DNA of 64,000 nt. Origin: Eledone cirrhosa (lineage: Eukaryota). Both the position numbers and the translations under genes were made by a program. This document shows positions 13,537 through 27,615 of this stretch, in pieces. Position 1 is the first letter of the stretch; every line of letters begins with the position of its first letter. The DNA is taken from assembly GCA_964016885.1 (NCBI GenBank), contig OZ024741.1:186186001-186250000 (forward strand). Direction: 5' to 3'. The notes under the pieces are model-generated. The model worked only from the letters and a program-made list of their open reading frames with translations, was not told the origin of the DNA and searched no databases.

Positions 13537-13860
13537 TAAATATTGACATACCCTGAAAAAAGACAACCGTAACGGTTGAAGCTTCCAGGAAGCTCCAACC
13601 GTTAAGGTTGTCTCTTTTCAGGGTATGTCAATATTTATTTATAAAACAAATCTGTATTGTATTTTATCTGATGAAAGCGCACCATAATTTGCCTTGGTGG
13701 CCCTTGAAATATGTATAATAAAATAAATATGGTTTTATAAATATAGTTTCCATTTGTTAATATATTGTATATTTACTCCACTAAATTGTTGAGTGCTTTA
13801 TATAAGTTATACACATTTTTAAGTTTGTTGAATCCCAACAAATTAAATATAACCTCTGCA
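13537..13860 (+). mobile_element. Family D element: short fold-back (13539-13636), hammerhead and tail ending in (TA)n
   Basis: Homologous to 50550-50788 (+), 49765-49940 (-) and tail 34808-34903 (-). Confidence 0.8.
13660..13725 (+). ncRNA. Type I hammerhead ribozyme motif (family D)
   Basis: TATTTTAT-CTGATGA-AAG..CACCA loop TGGTG..CTT-GAAA-T ATGT A-TA|ATAAAATA; 8 bp stem I. Confidence 0.8.
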
Positions 13861-13870
13861 TATATATATA

Positions 13871-13940
<70 letters not shown>

Positions 13941-14366
13941 AACACATATACACACACGCATGTATTTATTTCCAAAATTAATTTGTGATTAAGCGTATTA
14001 AGATATATACACACACACACACTTTAACACACACACACACTCTCTCTCTCTCTTTCCCTCTCTCTCTCTCTCTCCGTTTTAGCAAACACACGAACCAGGA
14101 GACGTTTAAACACAAACAGGAACGCGCGCGCACACACACACACAATCAAGAACGCTGCATCCGCGTACGCACACACTCATGGACACAAACACAGAATCTC
14201 ACACATACATAAACACGAGACATATGCACGTGAATACACTTAGAAGAGTCAGTCACAGCTTATTCTATTTATTATGCTTATTACTGTGGACGAGGTGAAC
14301 GACCTCTCTTGAATGTGTCATCCAAAGAGGAAAAATTGACTTTACTGTATATCTATCATTATTGTC

Positions 14367-15060
14367 GGTGGTGATGGTGATGGAGGTGGTGGTGGTGGTG
14401 GTGGTTGGCGGTGTGGAGGTGGGGCAGTGATGGTGGTGGTGGTGGTGGTGGTGGTGGTGGTGGTGGTCGACGGGGGTAGGGGTGGGGTGGTGGTGGTGGT
14501 GGTGGTGGTGGTGGTGGTGGTTGGCGGGTGTGGAGGTGTGAAGGTGGGGCGGCGGTGGTGGTGGTGGTGGTGGTGGTGGTCGACGGGGGTAGAGGTGGGG
14601 TGGTGGTGGTGGTGGTGATGGTGGTGCTGGTTGGCAGGAGTAGAAATGGTGGTGGTGCTGATGGTGGCGGTTGGCGGGAAGAGGGGTGGTGATGGCGGTT
14701 GGCGGGGGAGCGGGGGGGGTAGATGGTGATGCTGGTTGGCAGGAGTTGAAGTGGTGGTGGTGTTGATGATGGCGGTTGGCGGGAAGAGGGGTGGTGATGG
14801 CGGTTGGCGGGGCTGGTGGTAGTGGTGGTGGTGGTGGTGGTGGTGGTGGTTGACGGTGGTGGTGGTGGTGGTGGTGGTGGTGGTGATGGTGGTGCTGGTT
14901 GGCAGGAGTAGAAATGGTGGTGGTGGTGATGGTGGCTGGTTGGCGGAAAGAGGGGTGGTGATGGCGGTTGGCGGGGCTGGTGGTGGTGTTGGTGGTGGTG
15001 GTGGTTGGCGGGGGTAGAGGTGGTTGGGTGGTGGTGATGGTGGCGGTGATGGTGGTAGAT
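14367..15060. repeat. (GGT)n-based compound repeat
   Basis: Direct reading; recurrent ggttggcggg / ggcaggagtagaa subunits. Confidence 0.95.
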
Positions 15061-15539
15061 GTCGTCGTCTTAGTAATGGTAGTGATGACGGTAACGGTTA
15101 TGGCGGCCGTGGTAACAGTGAAGCAATGACGTCTGTGTTGACAGCAGCGGTGACAACAGTTGTTGCAGTTGAAGCAGTAATGGCGGACTACTGCTGTTTG
15201 TTGTTGTTGTTGTTGTTGTTGATGTCGTGGGTGTCGTAGTCTCCAGAACCACCATCATCACCCCCACCAAGCAAGACCCCCTACCACCAGAACCCCCACC
15301 ACCATCACCACCACCATCATTACACCATCATCATTATCTTCATCATCGCCTTCATTGTTTCCAACTCCTTCTCCATCTTCATCCTTCTTCTTCTTCTTCT
15401 TCTTCTTCTTCTTCTTCTTCTTCTATTCTGAGTTCAATTCTCGTAGTTGATATGTCAGCTCTTCATACTGTTGTAGTTGATTGCCTACCTGTTAAAAATC
15501 ACACACCCGGAACTGTAAAAACATTGATGTTGCAAATGC

Positions 15540-17720
15540 AATCCTATTATTTTTTAGTTCAAATCCCGCCGAGGTTAACTTTGCCTTTCATCCTTATAGA
15601 GTCGATAAAATAAAGCACCAGTAACGTACTGGGTTATTGCTGGCCTTGTGCAAAAAGTAGAAATAATTATTTTTGCAGAATCCTCAACATTTTGTAACTT
15701 ATACAATAAATGTTTCTACTTTTGGCTCAAGGTCAGCAATTATATCAGTGCATTACTGGTACATTATTTTATCGACCCAGAAACGATGAAAAGCAAAATT
15801 GAGCTTGGTGGGGTTTAAACTCAGACTGTAAAGGGACGTAACTATGCTACAATGCATGACGTTCAAACCACTACCGATACTGCAAATCCACCGCCTATTT
15901 TTGTTGCAACAATAATTATTTCAACTTTTGGCACAAGGCAAGCAATTAACCAGTACATTGCTGGTACTTTATTTTATCGCAAAGTTAACCTCAGCGGGAT
16001 TTGATCTCAGCTCGTAAAGGGGCGTAACTATGCTGGAAATCATGTCAGAACCTCTACCGATACTGCCAATTCACCGCCCTTTATTAATAAATCATTATTA
16101 TTGCAATGATAATTGTTTCTACGTTTGGCACAAGGCCAGAAATTACCCAGAGCATTACTGGTACTTTATTTTATCGACCCCGTAAGGATGAAAGGCAAAA
16201 TTAACCTCGGCGGGATTTGAACTCAGAATGGCAAGGGCCGTAACTCTATACGTCTAAGCATAGCGTCCGACCCTCTACCGATACTGCCAATCCACCGCCC
16301 TTATTTATTTATTATTGCAATAATAATGATTTAGTATAGGCACAAGGCCAGTAATTTGGCGGGAGGGGAAAGTCGATTAAATCGACCCCATTACGTTACT
16401 GGTAATTTATTTTATCGACCCCGTAAGGATGAAAGGCAAAGTCAACCTCGGCGGGAATTGAACTCAGACCTTAAACGGCCGTAACTCTATGCTGCAAATA
16501 ATGATTTCTAGTATAGGCACAAGGCCAGTAATTTGGTGGGAGGGGAAAGTCGATTAAATCGACCCCAGTACGATACTGGTGCTTTATTTTATCGACCCCG
16601 TAAGGATGAAAGGCAAAGTTTACCTCGGCGGTATTTGAACTCAGACTGAAAGGGACTGTAATTCTATACTGCAAAGCATGGAGTTCGACTCTACCGATAA
16701 TGATTCCTTAGATTAATTTCACCATTACGGGGTCGATAAAATAAAGCACCAGTAATTCACTGGGATAATTGCTGGACTTATGCCAAAATGAAAATCAATT
16801 ATTGTTGCAAGTATAAATGTTGGATCGGCGCAATCGTTAGAGCGTCGGACAAAATGCATTGCCGCATCAAGCTACAGCCCTTTACGTTCCGAATTCATAT
16901 CTCATCGAAATCAACGTTGAAATTCGTCTTTCGGAGATCACTAAAATAAAGTACCACTCAAATACAGAGGTCGATATAATCGACTTTACCCATCGCAAAG
17001 ATGCTGGCCTTGTGCCGAAATTAGAAACTATTATTATGACAAGTACTTAACTCCTTAGAATCAAATGGCATTATTGATTGCGGTAAATATTTAATGGATT
17101 ATGGAGTCACCCTTTTAACAGATTACTATAATATCAATTCTTATACAGCATTTACCTCTCCGAAATCAAATGCTATTATTGACCCCGAAAATATCTAATG
17201 GAAAACTAGAGTTGTCCTTTTAACAGCTCTTTATTCTATGAATTGTCCGATAGTGAATTACATTGTAGACGTTCACTAAAGTATTATTATTATTTATTTT
17301 TCTTACTTTTTCGGGATTTAATATATTGCAAATTGTTTCTCCTGTAAACATTGAATAACAAAATGAAATTATTACAAGCATGTTTTTACGGTCCTTTATG
17401 TTCTGTGTTCAAGTCCTGCAGAAGTCAACTTCGCATTTCGTCCTTTCGGAATAGATAAAATAAAGCAATTTAATCGACTTTCGACTCACCCCTCCCCAAA
17501 TTATTGGCTTTTGCCTAAATCAGAAGCCATTATAGATGGGGGGGGGGGGGGCAATCTGGTTAGATTTTGAACAAAACCCTTTCCGGTATTTGTTCCATGA
17601 TTTAACGTTCTGAGTTCAAATCTCTCTGTGCATTTTTTCGCCTTTCATATTTCAAGAGCCTATAACATAAAATGCCAGTTAAGTATTGGGTTGATATAAT
17701 CAACTGTTTTCTACCTCATA
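15540..17720. mobile_element. Cluster of about 10 tRNA-derived SINE copies in both orientations
   Basis: Repeated gcacaaggccag...actggtactttattttatcgaccccgtaaggatgaaaggcaaag...gaactcag blocks; copies at ~16322 and ~16498 carry an extra ggggaaagtcgattaaatcgacccc segment. Confidence 0.9.
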
Positions 17721-20376
17721 CAGTTGTTACAAGAGAATACAACTGAAAGAAGACACTTAATGTTGGCACTTAAACTAATTCGGCATATGTGGGTTTCCTA
17801 AGTATTCTTTCCCTTATATTTCATTTTATTTTATTTTCTACAGACATATCTGGTTTCTCACCCTCGATTCCTTGTGAAAAAGAAATTATACAAAACAAAC
17901 AATTTTTAAAAGATCATTTTCCCTCGTAGTCAAATAAAGCTCTTATCGGCATTATTTTTATTATTGTCTTTTTTTTTTTCAATGCGTTCTATCACTGCAC
18001 CACCGAGCACAGTTCTTTGTGCCTTGGGTATGTTAAATGTTGATTTTGTAGTTGTTTTTATTGTAGTGAAAATAATGTAGGATATATGTGGACATTGCGT
18101 CGTAATGCTATTTTCCACATGTATATATATTTATATGTCCTGGCAGTTTGTTTATGTATTTGTCTATGAACGTTTTTTTTATCACTTACAGAGCAGCTGA
18201 CTATTATCTTTACTACGATTTTGTGTTGATGATATAGGAGTTGGATTGGTAGAATTCTAAATTTACTGGTCTTGTGTTAAAATTAGAAACATATATTTTT
18301 CAGAATTTTGTCTTGGTTTCTTTTGCCCTTGGTATTCTATTATTATTCTTGCCGACAAGAATATAATAATAATAGATACAAACCATTCGAAATATGCCAA
18401 CATTCTCAAATACCTTCACTGCATCTTGACATAGATTTTTGTTAATTTGAATGTCTCCTCCCATTCTGTCTTGCTTGCAGCCTCTCTTTTCAACCCACAC
18501 TTCTAATCTCCACCCCTCTGCCTTTCGTCGCACTAAATAACATATCTAAATAAAATGGTGTCGCTGTACAGAATCTGGCTGATCCCTTACTCGCTGGTGA
18601 TTGGTTCTTTTCTAGGTCAACTTTAAAATGATTGGTTAATATCGGGGTCAATTGAAAAATATGTAAATCCAAAATGAAAGTGCAATGACTTGGGAGGCAT
18701 AAATTACCCTTTGTTGTTGTTGTTCTACTTCTTGTTAGAATTGTGGTGGCTGATGCACCTTTCTTTTATATTAATCGTTACCGTCGTCAAACATCATCAT
18801 CGTCATCATCATCATCATCAACAACACCAAAAACTTCCTTACCATGAATGCATGAGTTAACATCACCATCATGTTTGCCATCATCATCATCATCATGCTT
18901 TTCAGCATCCACATCACCATCATCATACTTATAATCATCATCATCATCATTAGCATCGTCATCATCGTTATTATCATTATCAGCCTCCTCCACCTCCACC
19001 TCCCCTCCTCATCATCATCAACATCATTTTCTATATATCTGTCTCTGTCTGTCAGTGTATCTGTGAGTGTGTATGTTTGTTTGCGTGTGTGCATGTACGC
19101 ACTAATTCATACGTGTGTGTTAGCATGTCTGTGTGTGTGTGTGTGTTTGTGACGCTCGTTTAGCAAATTTATTGTTTTCTTGTAGGAGACTACCTTTTTG
19201 TAACTCGTACTGTAAAGGGTTCTTATTTGTCAAGCTCGTGAGTAAAGGGTGCCGTACACAGCATATTGGATTTCACCCACTACACATAGTTTCTTTCGTA
19301 TTGTTATTTCATCAAGGCCAACATTGCTTTTCAGCCTTCCGGAATCGAGGAAATAAACTACCAGTCAAGTACTGGAGTCGATTTATTGGAGTGTTTCCTT
19401 CCCTACAATGTTGATATCCTGTGATTATGTTAAACACGATTATTAGTTATGTATTAATGTCTATATTTTTATTGTTTACCACACCCTGCACGCAATTTCT
19501 TGTTAAGTTGTTTTTATATCTATTTTCAGTGTGTCCGTGTTGGTATTATTAAATCATATCCTTCCACTCCATGTTAATCATACTTTGATGTTTTCTTTCT
19601 TATTTCGGCCATGTATTGTCCACAACAGTCGGCCCTTATAACCAATAAAAGTTATTATTGTTAATCTATTTATTTCTTAGTGTTTTTTTTTTTTGTTTGT
19701 CCTTGAAATCCTGTCATTTCTTCGCTGTAACGGAACACAATTTAAACCACAGTGAAAATTAATGATTGTGATCAATTTTCTATCGATCCATTTTGATAAC
19801 AACAACCACTTGACTACAACAAACAGAGCATATAACATTATTTGAGAAGTATTCCCTAATTTGATAACAATAACAGTTTCATATCAATAATCACTTCATT
19901 ATAGCAACCATACTTATAATAAGCTACCGCCATTGTATGTCAACTTCCTCAAATACATGTACTACATCGGGTCGTCTTTCTTTCACTTTTCTCAATCGCG
20001 CACTGGATAATGTACCTAGAAAGTGAATGTATAATTGTAAGCATCTACTTGGGTCTTTGCTAAAAAATTATTGGATCTTTTCAAGGTCAACTTTACAACG
20101 ATTGGTTAATATTTCGGTGAATCACAACAATATAATATTCCAGAAAGTGCAACGACTTGCAATACCTTACCGTTATTGTTGTTTACATCCCTAATTTTTT
20201 TTAATGACATTCCTTGTCAGTATCATACCTTCATCTCAATAATCGTGATCATCCTTATAATCTTTACACACACGCACCCACACGCACAGACACACACACA
20301 CACACATATATATATATGTGTGTTTGTGTCGGTATGTCTATATATTTAATTTATATATATAAATTATATATATTGA

Positions 20377-20492
20377 AGGCGTGTGGCTGAGTGGTTAGAG
20401 AATTAGATTCACAATCGTGAGGATGTGAGTTCGATTCCAGACCCGGGCGATGCATTATGTCCTTGAGCAAGGCACTTTATTTCACGTTGTTC
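20377..20492 (+). mobile_element. Second tRNA-derived SINE family, 5' part
   Basis: A box TGGCTGAGTGG, B box GAGTTCGATTCC, then ccttgagcaaggcacttt central domain. Confidence 0.7.
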
Positions 20493-20600
20493 CTTCTACT
20501 TGGAGCAATAGGAAAGACCAATGGAAACATTCTTTCCTCTGTCAGATTTGACAAAAAGTCGATCGTTCCTAAATATATATATATATATAAATATATATAC

Positions 20601-20789
20601 ATAATTGTTTCTACTTTAGGCACAAGGCCAGCAATTACCCAGTGCATTACTGGTACTTTATTTTATCGACCCCGTAAGGATGAAAGGCAAAGTCAACCTC
20701 GGCGGGATTTGAACTCAGATCGTAAAGGGACGTAACTATGCTGGAAAGCATGGCTTCCGACCCTCTACCGATACTGCCAATCCACCGCC
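20601..20789 (-). mobile_element. tRNA-derived SINE, full-length reference copy (~190 bp)
   Basis: Minus strand: GGCGGTGGATTGGCAGTATCGG (A box)...GAGTTCAAATCC (B box)...GCCTTTCATCCTTACGGGGTCGATAAAATAAAGTACCAG...TAGAAACAATTAT tail. Confidence 0.9.
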
Positions 20790-21000
20790 TTAAATATATA
20801 TACATAATGAAGGTCTTGTGGTAAGGAACCAGATGGACCATAACGCACCAGAATACTCAATACTTAGGGTAGTAGTGTGGGTAATAGGAAAATATATGAC
20901 TGCGACGGCATCTGTTTGGACAGATAACACTGTGATAAACAGGCAAAACTACAGGGTAACTAGACTCACGTTTTAGCCTTAATATAAATGAATATATATA

Positions 21001-21585
21001 TAAATGGAAAAGAATGAAACGAAATTTCATTTCTCACTCTTAGTACGGCCTATATCTAACCCATACGTACATATATGTATGTGTGCATATATGTATATAT
21101 ATATACATACTACTGTACGCCTGTATACATATATGTATGTACGTATACATACTTCTATTTAGGTATCAGCCGTACTAAGAGTGAGAAATGAAATTTCGTT
21201 TCATTCTTTTCCATTTATCGTTTTCGGTGCGTCCCCACGACCAACTCACTCGATATGCAAATTTGGCTGCTCAGCGGTTAACATGCATAAGGAAAGTATA
21301 TACTTTCAAACGTTCAAAGATCTGACAGAAACGTATACGATGCTGACGATAGCTAATAAGCTTGAAATTAGTACATCGTTCCTGTGTCAGTGTTGCACAA
21401 AAGGGCGACGATGGTTGCCGAGCACTGTACGGCGTAATTCGGACTGTTTGTTTACAAACAAACCGAACATTATAATAAATGTTCGGTAAACCCATACGTA
21501 CATATATATATATGTGTGCATGTATGTATATATATATACATAATACTCTACGTCTGTACACATGTATGTATGTACGTATACATAT
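21001..21585 (+). mobile_element. Family F: non-coding ~430 nt unit with terminal redundancy, one hammerhead and a short inverted arm
   Basis: Direct repeat at ~21059 and ~21489; inverted arm 21001-21049 vs 21169-21217; second copy at 48400-49260. Confidence 0.8.
21337..21379 (+). ncRNA. Type I hammerhead ribozyme motif (family F)
   Basis: ACGATG-CTGACGA-T-AGCT aata AGCT-T-GAAA-TTAG-TA|CATCGT; other copies have stem III ACTAGT. Confidence 0.8.
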
Positions 21586-21624
<39 letters not shown>

Positions 21625-21627
21625 CAT

Positions 21628-21690
<63 letters not shown>

Positions 21691-21946
21691 CTATAGAATA
21701 AAGCATGTCCAGAGAATGATTTGATAATGTATATACATCATCTCTGCTCCCAATCAGCATAATTAACCACACAAAAAAATCAATTAGACCAGGCTATAAG
21801 AATAAAAGGCATCTATGAAGAAACAGTAAATAAATACGCTATCGCGGCGTCTTCGCGCACAACCGCTATAGAATATTTACCCAACATTTCAACAGCACGT
21901 GGAAATTAATTAAATATACGGTCAACCATACATAACTAGGTAATTT

Positions 21947-22046
<100 letters not shown>

Positions 22047-23422
22047 ACATGTTCAATGAAAATAAAGAACAAAGTCAAATTATTTTACCTATTCATATTG
22101 TTTTACGATCGTTTCGGAGGGTCGACCATATTGACATATTGTCTGATCTAGAGCAGTTATATAACTGTATACTATCTTACCTAATAAATAAACATAAGTT
22201 TCACTGTCGGTATTTTATGCTGTTATAATGTCAAAGTAACGACGTGAGTACTCGAAATATTAGTATATCAGCATATTTATACATTTTCAGTGACGCTCAC
22301 CCACCACTGATGAAATATAAGCTGATAGCTTATATATATTTTTGCAAATTATACACGCATTGATGTGCTCATTTGCTTGACGGCCTAGTACTCTTTAGTA
22401 GTAGCACTAATAAAGCGTAATTCAGAATAGAATCTTTATGAATATTTAAGCAGTATCAATGGAAGGGTATTCACTAATATTTGGAAATAGCTTAAAATAC
22501 CGTCATTCGGCTTTATGTATATGCCTCTATCATGAATTATGCGGTGTTAAATCTACTACAAATTAATGTTAACTAGTTCAGCAAGTTCTGTATGTAAATA
22601 AGAATCAGCTTAAATATTTGCGAAAATCTATGCAGACTATCAGCATATTTTACCTTAGCACCTCGTGAATAAACGTCACTGAATTTTGAACTTGTTTCGG
22701 TTGGATCCGCTTATTTTGATAACAATAACAGTTTGTAAAAATATATCTGCGCTTATTTATATTGAGCGTCTTTCATTCTATATCAGTTCCTAAACTATCC
22801 GCACTACTTAGCCCCTCCATTCTTCCTACTTCATCCATCGCCGCACTATATAACATATCTTGAAAGAGAAAACTTATCAACATCTGGCTGGAACTTGGCT
22901 CCCTAGCTATTGGTTCTTTTCAAGGTCAACTTTACAACGATTGGTTTATATTTGGGTCAGTTGTAACAATATGTTATCCCAGAAATTGCAATGACTTGGA
23001 ATCATACCTTATCGTTGTTGATTTTATCCCTTTATCTTTTAAATAACCTTCCTTGTAATGAGCATATGTTCATCATTATTATCATGATCATCGTCATCTT
23101 CCTTATCATCGACATTCTCATATTCGTCGTCATCATCACCAATCTCATCCTCCCCCTCCCCCTCCTCCTCATCATCATCATCATCACCATCGTCATCATC
23201 ATCATCATCATCATCGTCGTCATTCCCGTCGTCGTCATCGTTCTCGTCGTCGCCGTCATCTTTATACTCATTAACCTCGTCATTGGCATCTTATTCATCA
23301 TAATTAATGCTGTTAATTATTGTGATCAAGTAGATTATTAATAATTAATTAATAATAAAAGCAGTAGTTTTATGAAAAGATACGTGATAACAGCACTTGT
23401 GGGGTGAAGAGGGTTATAATCA

Positions 23423-23567
23423 ATCCAGCATAGTTACGTCCCTTTACGATCTGAGTTCAAATCCCGCCGAGGTTGACTTTGCCTTTCTTCCTTACGGCGT
23501 CGATAAAATAAAGTACCAGTGATGTACTGGGTTATTGCTGGCCTTGTGCCTAAAGTAGAAACAATTA
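23423..23567 (+). mobile_element. tRNA-derived SINE, 5'-truncated
   Basis: Matches main SINE from catagttacgtccc to tagaaacaattat. Confidence 0.85.
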
Positions 23568-24502
23568 TAAATAGAATGTTATTTTAATGATATCGGAAGG
23601 ATAAAAAGTAAAATGTTCCGTAGCAGGATTTGAAGGGACGTCATTAGATATCGCACAAAAGAAGTTTCTGAACGTTTTACTAAACCTCTTACCCAAGAAA
23701 ACTTTATTCAAATTTGAATTCGACAGAGTTGGACCTTGCCTTATGAATTCAATTCTTTACCTTTCATTATTACAGAATTGAGGTCTAGTATCAATATGAC
23801 AACTAAATGTTGAAGAATATTTAATGATAACTGCTTCTACATTTGGCAGGATGCCACGAATGTTCAGGGAAGGAGAAAGTCGATTAAATAGGTCCCAGTA
23901 TATTACTGGTGTTTTATTTTATCGACTCCGTAAGGATAAAAAGCAAAGCTTACATGGGCGAGATTTGATCTCAATGTAAAACACCCTAACTAAAAAAATA
24001 TCTCTTCATTGGCCACTAGGGCAGAAAAATAAAGAACAATGCAAAATAATAGGGGGGGGGTTACATACAACGTGTAAAAGAAAGGAAAACAGAAAGCAAT
24101 TTATAATAAATAATTAACAAAATAATTTGTTTATACAACCCTACGAAACAACAAAATATAATTACATAGTTACATAAAAACCACAACTAAAAGGCCTTTC
24201 GTACCAGTCACCTTTCAGCAAGGGTAATAGGCATACAGTATCCGAGGCATAATAAAATATATAATTGTTTCCATTACACAACACAATCTGTCCAATATAC
24301 AGATATCAAGGGTACACACTTCCTCAAGACACAACCTTAGGGCAGACATTATCTATAGCATGATACGATAGATATACTTTTCCTTACAACTCAACCAATC
24401 AACAAAATGAAAGCCTAAATTAACTAAAAGCACACCACACACTTATTAAATGTATGTGTGTATTCATACATACATACATACATACATACATACATACATA
24501 CA

Positions 24503-24530
<28 letters not shown>

Positions 24531-24535
<5 letters not shown>

Positions 24536-25490
24536 TGGCTCCCACTTTGAAGGATACGCTTTTGCAATCCAGGAACAGGAGATTAGCACGAAATAGCTGA
24601 TTCACAAAAGAGATAGGGATGCAGGCAAAACACTTAGATGTGATAACAAGTGCAGACTCTGCAGAACTAACATCGAGAATATCACCCATGTCATCAGCAA
24701 CTGTCCAATGATGTCATCGCGGTACTATCTACCTATGAGGCATGATATAGTGGCCAAAACACTGTACAATGCAGTTCGTAAAAAAAAAAAAAGTAAAAAA
24801 GATAGCCCCGATAATAAACACATTAAAAGCTACAACAATGTGGAAGACATCCATGTACATAATATGAAAGAGTACTGGTGGAATGTTCCAGTAAAAACAC
24901 CAATAAAATGCAGGCATAACAGACCAGATATTATGATATGGGACAGGGAGAAGAAAACATGCACAGTAGTGGAAATTAGCTGCCCAGCAGATGCCAATAT
25001 AATATCAAAGATTAGTGAAGAGGAGAATATTTATGCAGAACTGATGAGAAATCTGCAGATACTTCACCCTGATTACACCTTCAGATTTATGCCTGTGATT
25101 ATTGGGGCACTGGGCTATGTTAGTAACTGCCTCAATACAAATCTTGAGAAGCTAGGCTTCACAGGAACAGAAAGAACACAACTAGTTAGGAAATTACAAG
25201 TACAATCCATTAATGGAACAGTAAAAATATGTAAAACATTCCAAAGATTTTGCATCTAATAACTGCATATACACACCTACAGATACAAAGCATATACACA
25301 TGCACACATACAACTCAAAACATCCACATCCACACATACAATAACATCCACATCTACACATGCATGCATACATACATATCTACCTAGTTGATGTTGTGTA
25401 AATTCCAATGAGAGAGTCTTGTGTCTATGTTAGAAACCGACTCTCTCTTTATTGGTAAAACTTTGTGAAATTATAAAACCAGAAGAACAT
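24531..25490 (+). mobile_element. R4/Dong-type RLE non-LTR retrotransposon, 5'-truncated, inside a (CATA)n array
   Basis: CCHC knuckle (CRLC..ENITHVISNC), RHD motif and PD..D/E-type endonuclease RPDIMIWD..VEISCP in ORF 24708-25259; (CATA)n on both sides. Confidence 0.9.
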
Positions 25491-26977
25491 ACATACATAC
25501 ATACATACATACATACATACATACATACATACATACATACATACATACATACATACATACATACATACATACATACATACATGATGGCTGCTTCGCGTTA
25601 TTGATTATGGCCATTGCATAATATAACATTATCAATAATTATCAATTAATGCTATCGGGTAATGAAGATGGCTGTGCGTGAAGATTTATTTTTAAGTGAT
25701 GGGCGCAGTAGCTATAACCCGAAAAGGGGTAAAGATTAACATCATCGATAACTACTGAGCCGCAGGTTTTATGTCGGAGTTATCCGAGTTTCCTGACTTG
25801 CCTTCTCCTAGAAGAATGCCTGTACTGGATCGCATGTTACCAGTAGCCCTCAAGAGTGACCCGACATATATACATACATACAAGTAATTTCAGTGTCAAC
25901 TCTTCTGTATAGTACCTTGTACAAATATTTGTTAGAATAGCTGGGGTTCTACCAAAATTGTGCACATGAAATTTGGTAGACGGAAATAATGTCAGTTTGT
26001 CTTTTCTTGATTTTGGTTTGGGGACTTATTCTGTTATATGTTTGAATGCTCTCAGGTATGTATCTATCGTCGAATGAACTCAGGTGCAACGATGCATACG
26101 TCACTTCTTCCGTCAGCCACGGAAGCCCTGAAAATTGTCTTGTTTGCTACACTTACTCTCCTCCCTAACTCATGTAATACTATTTTTGGTATCCTTCAAA
26201 TACTCAGTTTTCGAGAACACCATCTGTGATGATGTTATGGTCACCACTCATGCCAAAGTTTTCAGTACTATAGATTTTTTATATTTAGGAAGTTGAAAGT
26301 TACGACGCTGTACGGACAAAATGGTTAAATATAATCACTAGAATTTTGGTTTTCACAGTTTCATCCTTACCGGGTCAAATGAAATAAAGCACGTGTAATG
26401 CACTAAGATAATTGCTGGCTTTGTGTAAAAAGTAGAAATAATTATTACACTTATCAACATTCAACTCTATTTAGTCGCACGACCAGCTAAAAATAAGATA
26501 TTACAAACTTAAAGAAGAAAATACGTTTTGGACGATGTGGATCTCTCTATATATATATTTATTAGCCTGATGGTCATGGATGGAATGTCTCATATCTAAT
26601 GTTTATTTGATCACGGCTGACTTAACGCTAAGCAATAACAAACAAATGCCAACATTCAGCTGCAACAACAGCGTCGATGATGAGAACAACGACTACCACG
26701 CCACCACCACCACCAAAGAGAAACACACTAACAACAACAATCATACAATTATATACATTATATATTCTCTTATTCGAAGAATGCCTGTATTTTGTTTTGT
26801 ATTTATCCTTATATATTTTACGGAATTATATTATGATGTCACAAAGATACAGCGAATATTATGATAATAATATTATGAAGAAAGATATAAGATTACATAC
26901 TTAAACGAAGTATGACGCCATAATTATTCAGTCTAAATGACATCAGAGTTATGTGTATGCATATATATATATATATA

Positions 26978-27615
26978 GAAGTGGTTACACAACAGTTAGT
27001 CCACCATACCGAGAACAATTGTTTCGCCTTAGCGAATCCTCAGCTCGTAATGGACAAGGTTATACAGAAAAGGAAGGACAACCGTATGGACGCGCATGCG
27101 CAGAAACGGTCACTTTACACAGGCAATACTAAATTGCGTGCGAGAGGTGTAAGGGAAATAACTGCGAAAGTCCGAAAGTTTCTAGTTGATAAGAAAATTA
27201 GAATGTTGTTGTAATTCAATCCGGAGCTTTGTAGTTATGTAAGAGGTGTTTCCAGACGTGTGGAGAACGGGTGAAGAATTCATTTCTTGAGTTTAGGCAA
27301 TCGATATTCGGTAATCTCTTTAGAATATTAATTCGTTTATCAAATCATAGTCCGTACGACGGATTGCCCCTTGCGTATGGCTTGGACTTAGTGATGGCTT
27401 TCCATTGAATGAAGTAGTCTATACCTGAGTCCTTGAGGGACCATACGTGGCTCGCGAGTTTCGTGGATGATCGTTTGTCCGGGTACCTAAAGGTGGACTG
27501 ATGGTTCAGGAACCGTACCTTAAAACAGCCCTCCGCCATACCCACTTCTACCTAACTCGTCCCATGGAGTGAGTGCTCTACCACTACGGATATTACCTTC
27601 CAGTGTACTACCTCT
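26978..27615 (-). mobile_element. Penelope-like element 3' fragment (GIY-YIG endonuclease), with inverted tail at 27542-27615
   Basis: ORF 27345-27545 GMAEGCFKVRFLNHQSTFRY..STKLASHVWSLKD..IQWKAI..SKPY is the C-terminal part of a PLE GIY-YIG domain; flanked by (TA)n. Confidence 0.8.
27010..27047 (-). ncRNA. Type I hammerhead ribozyme motif in the PLE 3' UTR
   Basis: CGAG-CTGAGGA-ttc GC taag GC-GAAA-CAATTG-TT|CTCG; palindromic stem III. Confidence 0.7.

Noticed and set aside
15540-17720. CRISPR-like regularly recurring repeats
   Set aside because: They are ~190 bp SINE copies in mixed orientation in eukaryotic DNA; no short repeat-spacer structure or cas genes
20601-20789. SINE heads as tRNA genes
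   Set aside because: A and B boxes are present but spacing is too long and there is no cloverleaf
22100-22125. GAAAC-GATC-GTA hammerhead 3' half on minus (similar at ~60225-60265)
   Set aside because: No convincing CTGANGA core with stems nearby
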